Assembly (NCBI GenBank): GCA_934772445.1
Contig: CAKVMJ010000003.1
Location: 1,672-65,671, forward strand
Source: an uncultured Clostridia bacterium
GTDB lineage: Bacteria; Bacillota; Clostridia; Christensenellales; UBA1242
DNA length: 64,000 nt
Direction of reading: 5' to 3'
The stretch's first letter is position 1; the number at the start of each line of letters is the position of its first letter. Positions 18,558 to 26,200 of this stretch are shown here, piece by piece. Under the pieces are notes generated by a model that saw nothing but the letters and a program-made list of their open reading frames with translations, searched no databases and had not been told where the DNA came from. A program made the position numbers and the translations under genes.

Positions 18558-20571
18558 GATAAACGGATTAGATTGTCCTAATTGCGCAAAAATGCTTGAA
18601 ACAAAAATTGGCGAATTGAAATCTATTGATTCTTGCGAAATAGACTTTTTAAAATCTACACTAGCCCTAGATTGCAAGAACCCCGATGCCACAATTAGCG
18701 AGGTTATATTGCTTGCAAAGAAAGTTGAACCAGAAGCTGAAATAGTGGTTGAGAAAGAGAATAAAAAATCTAAAAAGAACTTAGTTTTAGATATTGCCTT
18801 ATTATTTATTGGTTTATGCGTGGGACTTGTGGATATATTAGCTCCATTACCAACTTGGCTAACTTGGGTTTTATTTGGAGTGAGTGCTATTCTTATGGGA
18901 TATAAGACATTCTATAAAGCATATCAACTACTACTTAAGAAAACCATAAATGAAAATTTCCTTGTAACAGTTTCAGTTATTGGAGCGGGATTAGTTGGCG
19001 AGAGAATGGATGCATTAATGGTTATTTTACTATATTCAATCGGAAAAATCCTTGAGAGTTTAGCACTAGATAAATCAAGAAAATCTATTGAAGAATTAAC
19101 AAATCTAAAACCTGAAAAAGTTACAAGATTAAATGGCGAAGAGGAAGAAATTGTTACACCAAACGATATAAAATTAAATGATATTATAATCGTAAAACCC
19201 GGTGAGAAAGTGGCAATTGATGGCGTGGTAATTGAAGGAACTGCTAGCCTTGATGTTCAAAGCCTAACTGGAGAAAGCTTACCTCAAACTGTTAGAAAAG
19301 GTGTGGAAATTCTATCTGGTTCTATAGTTTTAGATAGTGTTTTAAAAATAAAAGCAACTAGCATCTATGAAAATAGTACAGTTCATAAAATTTTAGACTT
19401 AATTGAAAACGCAAGCGATAAAAAATCTAAAACCGAAACAGTTATTTCAAAAATGTCTAAATGGTACACTTTAGGAGTTGTGGCTCTAGCATTCGTGGTT
19501 TGGGGAATTATTTGGGCGATTACAAAGAATATAAACACAGCTATCTATAGAGGTTTAATTTTCTTAGTTGTATCCTGCCCTTGCGCATTTGCTATATCAG
19601 TTCCGCTTGCATATTTCTCTGGAATTGGTAACGCATCTAAGAAAGGTATTTTAATTAAAGGTTCAAATTATCTTGATGCCACTGCATCATTATCCACAAT
19701 TGCTTTTGATAAAACTGGAACTATCACCACTGGTGAATTTAAGATAACTAAAATAAACAACCTATCTAAAGATAAAACAGATGAAGAAATCGTATATCTA
19801 TCTGCCTTAGGCGAACAATATTCATTGCACCCTATTGCAAAGGCAATTGTTAAAGCAAATGAAAAGAAACTACAACATATAAAAGATGTTAGAGAAGAAT
19901 CTGGAAAAGGCGTTTATTATAACTATAAAGATAATTCATATTTTATCGGTAGAAAAACAACCAAAAACGATTCAACAAGCGTTGAACTTTATGAAAACGA
20001 TAAGAAAATTGCAGAAATTTTACTTGAAGATGAGATTAAAGAAACAGCAAAAACAGCTTGCTTAGAACTTAAGAATATGAACATAAAAACAATAATGTTA
20101 TCTGGAGATAACGATAAGATTGTTCAAAGAGTGGCTGAAGAAGTTGGAATAGACAAAGCTTATTCAAAATGCCTTCCTCAAGATAAATTTAATTATATTG
20201 AAAAAGAAAAAGAAAATTCTAAAATTGGATATGTTGGCGATGGAATAAACGATGCCCCTGCCCTAACATTATCTGATGTTGGATTTAGTATGGGTTTAAA
20301 TGGAAGTAGTGCAAGCATTGAAGCGAGCGATATTGTTTTAGCAAACGATAACCCATTAAAGATTGTTGAGAGTATAAAAATTTCAAGATTTACAAAGAAA
20401 ATTGTTTGGCAAAATATAATTCTATCTGCTGGAATTAAGATTATCTTCTTAACTTTAGGTGCTTTAGGAATTACTGGTATGCTAAGTGCGGTTATTGCCG
20501 ATGTTGGTGTTACACTTGTTGCCATTTTAAACTCTCTAAGGGCTTTAAAATACGATATTAAGAAAAAATAA
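18541..20571 (+). CDS. P1B-type heavy-metal-translocating ATPase (Cd/Zn/Co class, CadA/ZntA-like)
   Basis: N-terminal HMA domain with CPNC, TM CPC motif (SCPCAF), DKTGTIT and GDGINDAPAL. The start is moved to ATG 18541 because GGAGA lies 6 nt upstream; the track start at 18535 abuts the RBS. Confidence 0.9.
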   Translation: MKKIFKINGLDCPNCAKMLETKIGELKSIDSCEIDFLKSTLALDCKNPDATISEVILLAKKVEPEAEIVVEKENKKSKKNLVLDIALLFIGLCVGLVDILAPLPTWLTWVLFGVSAILMGYKTFYKAYQLLLKKTINENFLVTVSVIGAGLVGERMDALMVILLYSIGKILESLALDKSRKSIEELTNLKPEKVTRLNGEEEEIVTPNDIKLNDIIIVKPGEKVAIDGVVIEGTASLDVQSLTGESLPQTVRKGVEILSGSIVLDSVLKIKATSIYENSTVHKILDLIENASDKKSKTETVISKMSKWYTLGVVALAFVVWGIIWAITKNINTAIYRGLIFLVVSCPCAFAISVPLAYFSGIGNASKKGILIKGSNYLDATASLSTIAFDKTGTITTGEFKITKINNLSKDKTDEEIVYLSALGEQYSLHPIAKAIVKANEKKLQHIKDVREESGKGVYYNYKDNSYFIGRKTTKNDSTSVELYENDKKIAEILLEDEIKETAKTACLELKNMNIKTIMLSGDNDKIVQRVAEEVGIDKAYSKCLPQDKFNYIEKEKENSKIGYVGDGINDAPALTLSDVGFSMGLNGSSASIEASDIVLANDNPLKIVESIKISRFTKKIVWQNIILSAGIKIIFLTLGALGITGMLSAVIADVGVTLVAILNSLRALKYDIKKK

Positions 20572-20722
20572 TATAATTTATCAAGCAAATATAAAAGAGC
20601 TTTTAGAAGATAATCTACGGCTCTTTTTATATAGTTTTTCATATTTCCAATAAACTATTAAAATTTATTCTATATCTAAGCAAAAAAATATAATTTAATT
20701 GAAAAGATAATATAAATAAAAG

Positions 20723-20754
20723 CAAAAAGAACTTCAATAAGAAGTTCTTTTTTT
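20723..20754. terminator. Bidirectional terminator
   Basis: AGAACTTC-AATAA-GAAGTTCT 8-bp stem flanked by an A run and a T run. Confidence 0.75.
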
Positions 20755-20755
20755 A

Positions 20756-22132
20756 TTAATTATCCATTGAATAAGTTTCTTCTGGATTTTCTTTTAGATA
20801 ATCCAAAATATCTTGTTCTTTAATACCGAAAACGCATCTATCTTCATCTTTGATTTCCTTACCATCAATATCATATAGAGTTGCATCGCCATCTTGAGTT
20901 ATAACCAAAGTTTCACCATTTAATAAGAATGTGTTATCGCCAGTATTTTTATCAAAAGCAATTGTTTGGATAGCACCATCTTTTGATTCATACAAAACAT
21001 TACCATCATAATCTCTTAAATCATAAGAGCCATCAAACCAAGCTCTTACCCAACAATTTTCATAGTGAACATCTGTGATTTCAGCATCTGTTTTCTCATC
21101 TTTCATTCTAAGAACTGTATCAACTTTTTGGTTCTTATAATCATCAACAGAAAATTCTGTAGTTTGTTCGCTTGTTTCAATTGCAGAGGTTTCTTCTTTA
21201 GTTGTTTCTTCGGGAGCTTTCTCAGTTTCATCTGCTTTAGTTGATTCAATTGGAGAAACTACAAATCCATTATCCTCTTTAGATGTTGTATCTTCAGAAA
21301 CTGTGGATTGAGTGGTTTCAGGAGCTGAAGTTTCGGTTTGTTCTTTATCTTCTTTTTTGCCAGCACCTAAAATAGCACCAGTAATAATTGTTCCAGCAAC
21401 TAATCCGCCAACAACCCAAGGAAGCCATTTGAAGTTTCTTTTCTTCTCATCTTCTTTTTCTGGAATAACTTTTGGCTCGATTGCTAAGATAGGTTCTTTA
21501 TAAATTGCCACTTGAGTTTGACCATCTCTTGGAACAATTTTTCCGCCACCAGCTTGAACAACATATCCGCCTTTGCCATCTGGAAGCATTACATCGCCTG
21601 TTTGAGTAACAAATTCACCATTACCATTTGGTTGAATCGATTCACCAGTTTTAGAATCCTTAAATAATGAACGGAAATAATCCATTGTATCATTTTTAGG
21701 AAGCTTTTGATGAACAAGATTAATTGAAGAAGTTTTTTCTCCATCAAAACAAGTTACAGTACCATCGGTATAAACTTTAATATATGGATTTTCATCAACT
21801 TTATCTTTTTCAAAATAACTATGAGCACTAAAACTTACGCTTTCCCTAGACTCACCCGGCATTAAAGGTTTATCTCTTTTTATATCATAAGTTCTTTCAA
21901 AAACACCATCTCTTGCAAATTCAACGAAAGGTCTGCCATTTTTATCTTTGCCTTCGTAAGCATAAGTACCATCATCATACCTATATTGATTAAATACAGA
22001 ATCTTCAACTCTAATAATTTCACTATCGGTTAATTTAACGCCTTTAGCAGGTCTGCCTAAATGAAATTCACCGCTTTTTAATCTCTCTATATATTCTTTA
22101 AGTTTTTCAATCTCAAATCTATCGTAAGCCAT
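20756..22132 (-). CDS. Hypothetical bitopic membrane protein
   Basis: 458 aa. AGAGGTG RBS. No signal peptide. A single central TM (WLPWVVGGLVAGTIITGAILGAG) is followed by an E/T/S-rich linker and a beta-rich C-domain. It starts 18 nt after the upstream gene, so the pair is probably bicistronic. Confidence 0.6.
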   Translation of the reverse strand: MAYDRFEIEKLKEYIERLKSGEFHLGRPAKGVKLTDSEIIRVEDSVFNQYRYDDGTYAYEGKDKNGRPFVEFARDGVFERTYDIKRDKPLMPGESRESVSFSAHSYFEKDKVDENPYIKVYTDGTVTCFDGEKTSSINLVHQKLPKNDTMDYFRSLFKDSKTGESIQPNGNGEFVTQTGDVMLPDGKGGYVVQAGGGKIVPRDGQTQVAIYKEPILAIEPKVIPEKEDEKKRNFKWLPWVVGGLVAGTIITGAILGAGKKEDKEQTETSAPETTQSTVSEDTTSKEDNGFVVSPIESTKADETEKAPEETTKEETSAIETSEQTTEFSVDDYKNQKVDTVLRMKDEKTDAEITDVHYENCWVRAWFDGSYDLRDYDGNVLYESKDGAIQTIAFDKNTGDNTFLLNGETLVITQDGDATLYDIDGKEIKDEDRCVFGIKEQDILDYLKENPEETYSMDN

Positions 22133-22149
22133 TTTTCACCTCTTTTATC

Positions 22150-23376
22150 TTATCTACCATCGTTTACTTGGTAACTAATAACATCTGAATTTTCTTTTTT
22201 ATCATCATTAACAGTGTAATCAGTAACTTCTTCTTTTTCGTTGTTTTCAGAACCAACATTTGAGTTATCTTCGCCAACAGAATAATGCAATTCAGCATCT
22301 GGCTCTGGTCTAATAATAACTTCGTTATCTTCATTAACTGTTACATTATAAACTCCATCATAATCTGGGTCTGGTTTAACAGTGTCATCTTCACCCGGTG
22401 TGTAATCAGGAACTTGGTCATCGTAACCATCGTTAACAACATAATCAATAACGCCATCATCTGGTTTGTAACTATCATCATAACTAGGACCATCATAGCT
22501 TGGACCAGAAACTCTAATAACCTCGTTGCCATCATCAACTCTGTATGTTCCATCATCGCTAGAGCCACCGTGAGAACCGCCGTTTGAATCTCCATCAACA
22601 ACATAAGAGTTGTCATCAACTTGAGTTACATCATTGCCCTCATCAACTCTATATGTTCCGCCATCATTTGTACCGCCAGTAGAACCACCACTTGTATCTC
22701 CGCCGATAACATAAGAATTATCATCAACTTGGCTTACATTGTTTCCTTCATCAACCCTGTAAGTTCCACCATTAGAGCCACCACCTGTTGTACCCCCAGA
22801 TGTGTTATCTCCAATTACTTGAGAACTGCCATCAACTCTTGAAACATTGTTGCCCTCATCAACTCTGTAAACTCCACCAGAAGTTCCAGAATTTGATGGA
22901 GTGGAAGGTTTAGAAGGAGCAGTATTTACATTTTGATTACCAGTAACTTGAGTTACTTTATTACCTTCATCAACTCTATATGTTCCGCCATTAGTATTGT
23001 TATTAGAATTGATAGTTGCACCTTGATGTTCGCCTTCAACTATAACGCCATCTTGGTTTACAATTACATTTATAACTTGACCACCAGTTTCTTTACCTTT
23101 TTCAGTAACTGGAATTAAGCAAGCCTCTTCAGAATTGTACATAACCACTTTATATTGCCTACCATCTAAATAAGTATAATTAACAGTAACTGGATTAGTA
23201 CAGCTAGTTAAAGCACCCATAGAAATAGCACCTGCAATTGCTAAAGCACCTGCTTTTTTGTAAACTCCGCTATTTTTCAAAGATTTAGAAACATTTTCCC
23301 ACTTGTTCTTTGCTTCTTCTCTTAATCTTTGTTCTTTCTCAACAACATAACCTTTAAAATCATCAAAAAATCCCAT
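22150..23376 (-). CDS. Hypothetical membrane-anchored or lipoprotein-like repeat protein (G-T-Y-R-V-D-E-G-N repeats)
   Basis: 408 aa. GGGGAGAA RBS. About 40 cytoplasmic residues, then a hydrophobic segment ending in a lipobox-like LTSC. Five ~36-aa repeats G-[TV]-Y-R-V-D-[ED]-G-N-x-V-x-[QR]-V, then shorter Y-x-V-N-D units. The composition is rich in D, N, G and Y. Confidence 0.65.
   Translation of the reverse strand: MGFFDDFKGYVVEKEQRLREEAKNKWENVSKSLKNSGVYKKAGALAIAGAISMGALTSCTNPVTVNYTYLDGRQYKVVMYNSEEACLIPVTEKGKETGGQVINVIVNQDGVIVEGEHQGATINSNNNTNGGTYRVDEGNKVTQVTGNQNVNTAPSKPSTPSNSGTSGGVYRVDEGNNVSRVDGSSQVIGDNTSGGTTGGGSNGGTYRVDEGNNVSQVDDNSYVIGGDTSGGSTGGTNDGGTYRVDEGNDVTQVDDNSYVVDGDSNGGSHGGSSDDGTYRVDDGNEVIRVSGPSYDGPSYDDSYKPDDGVIDYVVNDGYDDQVPDYTPGEDDTVKPDPDYDGVYNVTVNEDNEVIIRPEPDAELHYSVGEDNSNVGSENNEKEEVTDYTVNDDKKENSDVISYQVNDGR
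22510..23000 (-). repeat. Five imperfect tandem coding repeats, period about 107-108 nt
   Basis: The core TCATCAAC(T/C)CT(A/G)TA(T/A)G(T/A)TCC(G/A)CCA recurs near 22537, 22644, 22752, 22859 and 22967. Confidence 0.8.
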
Positions 23377-23428
23377 TTTTCTCCCCTTTTTCTTTTAAAA
23401 TTTCTAGTACATTCCTTTTATTATATGA

Positions 23429-23457
23429 ATTATACCATAAATCTCAAAAAAAATCAA
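23429..23457 (-). promoter_or_regulatory. Sigma-A-type promoter with a T8 run across the -35/spacer junction
   Basis: Minus strand reads TTGATT, 17-nt spacer (TTTTTTGAGATTTATGG), TATAAT with extended TGG. Lies 53 nt upstream of ATG 23376. Confidence 0.6.
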
Positions 23458-23513
23458 TAGTATGCTAATAATATTATTATAACTCAAAAATCCATAAAAT
23501 TCTATATAAAAAT

Positions 23514-23550
23514 GAAAAAAGCAGATTTAAAATAAAATCTTAAATTCTGC
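23514..23550 (-). terminator. Terminator downstream of the LRR protein gene
   Basis: GCAGATTT...AAATTCTGC stem with one bulge, followed by a T run on the minus strand. Confidence 0.6.
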
Positions 23551-23573
23551 TTTAAACTATTATTTTTTATATT

Positions 23574-25088
23574 TTATAACGCATCATACTCTGCACGAGT
23601 TACTTCCCAAGTGACATTTAATTGATTTCCGGAATCATAATAAAATCCTCCTTGCCACCCGCTTGGCTTACTACTTGCTTCACAATAAACTTGTAAGTTT
23701 GAAGAGCAACCCATAAAAGGAGACTGATAATAGAGATACCCCAATATTTCTGTAACAGATTTTGGTATAAATATTTTAGTTAATTTAGTGCAACTCATAA
23801 ATGCATTAACTCCTATACTCGTTATACTATCTGGTATAACCACATTTAATAACTCTCTACACTGACCAAAAGCACAGCTGCTTATGCTTGTCACACTATT
23901 TGGTATTTCAACATTTACTATTCCACTCCTACAAAATGCTTCATCTCCTATACTCGTTACACTATCTGGTATTGTTACATTTGATATGTTTGAACAAAAA
24001 TAAAATGTATAATCAGCAATACCAGTCATCGTATTAGGCAAAATGACACTAGTTATATTTTTATTTTGTTTAAAAGTTGAAGTTGAAGAATTTGTTCCAG
24101 CAACAAACCCACTCACTGGTTTACCATTATATATATTTGGAATAACCACTTCTCCGCTAGGAGATGTGGCACTCTCAGCAGAAACCAGATACGAATTACT
24201 ATCATCGGATAATGCAAAACTTAAGCCCTCAATGCCAGCAGTTTTGCAATAAAAAGAAGAAATTGAAGAATCTTTTAGAGAATCATTTAAGTAATCATCT
24301 GAAACAACTTTAGTTAGTCCTTCATCAAAGAACCAGCCTGTGGAATATTCGGCAGTTTGTTGAGTGGCTAAATATTCGCCTAGAGTTTGACCTGCCAATG
24401 TACTTGAACTTACAGTTGTTGGAGAAGCTCCATCAACAGAGGTTACTATTGTTCCATTATTATCTCCACCAACTTTGAAATTAAAGGTTACGCCTGCATC
24501 AAAGTTTGGTGCTAAGCCAAAATCTGCATTTATTGTTCCTGTTCCACCTTTGGCTAGAGATAGAGTTACTGAATATGTAAATATATCTCCTGCTTTTAGG
24601 TCATAACCTGAAGTGCTTGATACAGCAGTTAGAGTACTTGTTCCATCAGTTTCTGAATTTAGAGTTACTTTTGGTTTATGGTTTTCTGCTCCCGTTCCGC
24701 TTTCTTCTGCCTCTGCTGGAGTTTTAGTTACTCTTATATTCAATGGTGTTAGGCTCTTATTTCTTACATAATATGTAAACTTTATTGCATTTGGATTATT
24801 TACACCATCATCAGTGGTATCTGTAAAATTACAAGATAAATCTCCGATTATATTTGCATCTGTATTGGTAGTAGTTGGAGTGATAGTAGTTTTAGCTATT
24901 TCTTTACTCTCATCTCCCCCGGTTGCTTTAGCCCAAAACTCTAGATTTACTCCTGCTTGAGCAGTCCAAGATACATTTGCACTTATATTTGCATTTCCAG
25001 CTGTTGCTGCATAGATTGCAACTAACATTGCCGTAATTACAAGCGTTACTGCTATTACTGTTGCAATAACCTTTGTTGACTTTTTCAT
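23574..25088 (-). CDS. Surface protein with C-terminal BspA-type leucine-rich repeats
   Basis: N-terminal signal/anchor KVIATVIAVTLVITAMLVAIYAATAG. C-terminal LRR_5-type units (IPDSVTSIGDEAFCRSGIVNVEIPNSVTSISSCAFGQCRELLNVVIPDSITSIGVNAFMSCTKL). The start is set at ATG 25088 because GGAGA lies 6 nt upstream; the track ATG at 25094 abuts the RBS. Confidence 0.8.
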   Translation of the reverse strand: MKKSTKVIATVIAVTLVITAMLVAIYAATAGNANISANVSWTAQAGVNLEFWAKATGGDESKEIAKTTITPTTTNTDANIIGDLSCNFTDTTDDGVNNPNAIKFTYYVRNKSLTPLNIRVTKTPAEAEESGTGAENHKPKVTLNSETDGTSTLTAVSSTSGYDLKAGDIFTYSVTLSLAKGGTGTINADFGLAPNFDAGVTFNFKVGGDNNGTIVTSVDGASPTTVSSSTLAGQTLGEYLATQQTAEYSTGWFFDEGLTKVVSDDYLNDSLKDSSISSFYCKTAGIEGLSFALSDDSNSYLVSAESATSPSGEVVIPNIYNGKPVSGFVAGTNSSTSTFKQNKNITSVILPNTMTGIADYTFYFCSNISNVTIPDSVTSIGDEAFCRSGIVNVEIPNSVTSISSCAFGQCRELLNVVIPDSITSIGVNAFMSCTKLTKIFIPKSVTEILGYLYYQSPFMGCSSNLQVYCEASSKPSGWQGGFYYDSGNQLNVTWEVTRAEYDAL

Positions 25089-25145
25089 CTTCATTCTCCT
25101 TATATTTATTTTTCCACAGTTTGTAAGTTTATTTCTATTTTCTCA

Positions 25146-25174
25146 ATTATATTACTTTTTTTTTTTTTAGTCAA
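25146..25174 (-). promoter_or_regulatory. Consensus sigma-A promoter whose spacer is A13+GTAA
   Basis: Minus strand reads TTGACT (25174-25169), AAAAAAAAAAAAAGTAA (17 nt), TATAAT (25151-25146). About 45-nt 5'UTR to the RBS of the LRR gene. Confidence 0.7.
25156..25168. repeat. Homopolymer tract, T13 on plus strand (A13 on the coding strand)
   Basis: Counted directly: 5 T at 25156-25160 plus 8 T at 25161-25168. Confidence 0.95.
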
Positions 25175-25415
25175 GTAAAATCCAGCTTATTTTAAAAGTT
25201 TTTTTAATTTTTTAACTTTTTTACAATTATTTTTGAAATTTTATTAATTTTATATAAAAATTAAAGTATTTAACCTTAAAATTATAAGATTAAAAATTAA
25301 ATGAAAATGTTTACTTAGAAACTTATTTAATTTAAAGTTTTCTATTAAATTTTTATGTTAATTATTCAAATTTTAATTAATTTAATGATTAAATCTTTTA
25401 GTTTTCTATTTATAA

Positions 25416-25448
25416 AGAAAAAACTTGCCTAAAATCTCAAGCAAGTTT
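25416..25448 (-). terminator. Terminator downstream of 25458..26105
   Basis: AACTTGC...GCAAGTT stem with a T run on the minus strand. It isolates the LRR gene as its own transcription unit. Confidence 0.65.
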
Positions 25449-25457
25449 TTATAATTT

Positions 25458-26105
25458 TTATTCAGCACATAGAGTCTCTAAGAAGTTATATAAATCAATT
25501 GTATAACCTTGAACACTCAATCTATAGTTTGAAACAAACTCTTCAGGAGTTGTTTTATCAGATTCTTCAAGATAAATTGTGATTTCACCAAAATCTTTTG
25601 AATCTGTGATTTCCATAATCATTTTTGAATATTTAACTGTTGCTTTGCTTTCATCTTCAACATCTTCAAGCTTATATTCTGAACCATTAACTTTTAAAGT
25701 TTTCATAGCATCATCTAAATTTAAAGCACCAAGAGTGTAATCAAAAATTAGATAATAATTATTTGTATTTGATTCTATGATACTTTTTAAATTTTCAGAA
25801 CCAGTGGCAGTTTTATGAGTTACAGTTGGTTTATTTCCATAATAACCTAAGAAAACTGAAGATAAAATCTTTTCTTTATAACCTTTAGAATTTTCTTCTA
25901 AAATATTTTCAATAATTGGTTTTTGTTCATCATCTGACATATAATATCCTAAAACTTTTTCTCCATTATGCCAAACTTCAACCTTTTTCAAATCATCTTT
26001 CTCAATTGGATTATAGAAAGAACTTGGAACTATTGCTAGAACGATTACTGCTAATAATATAACCGCTAACACACCTGTAATAATATAACTTAATGTCTTT
26101 TTCAT
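25458..26105 (-). CDS. Hypothetical N-terminally anchored protein
   Basis: 215 aa. Single N-terminal TM (YIITGVLAVILLAVIVLAIV). No recognisable motif. Confidence 0.55.
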   Translation of the reverse strand: MKKTLSYIITGVLAVILLAVIVLAIVPSSFYNPIEKDDLKKVEVWHNGEKVLGYYMSDDEQKPIIENILEENSKGYKEKILSSVFLGYYGNKPTVTHKTATGSENLKSIIESNTNNYYLIFDYTLGALNLDDAMKTLKVNGSEYKLEDVEDESKATVKYSKMIMEITDSKDFGEITIYLEESDKTTPEEFVSNYRLSVQGYTIDLYNFLETLCAE

Positions 26106-26200
26106 AATATTTCCTTTTAGCCTTTAATCTAACTACTATAGATTAACCTAAATAATTTAATTTGTCAATTAATTTAAACTTAAATTTTACTAATAAAATC

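Noticed and set aside
22510-23000. CRISPR-like or other non-coding tandem arrays
   Set aside because: The only periodic DNA in the window lies inside coding regions: this gene, the collagen gene and the 29613 gene. No repeat-spacer architecture or cas genes are present.
22285-23118. Five overlapping 60-100-aa ORFs on both strands inside 22150..23376
   Set aside because: They are composition and periodicity artefacts of the 107-nt tandem coding repeat. None has an RBS, and their products are low-complexity I/N/V or M/L/T strings.
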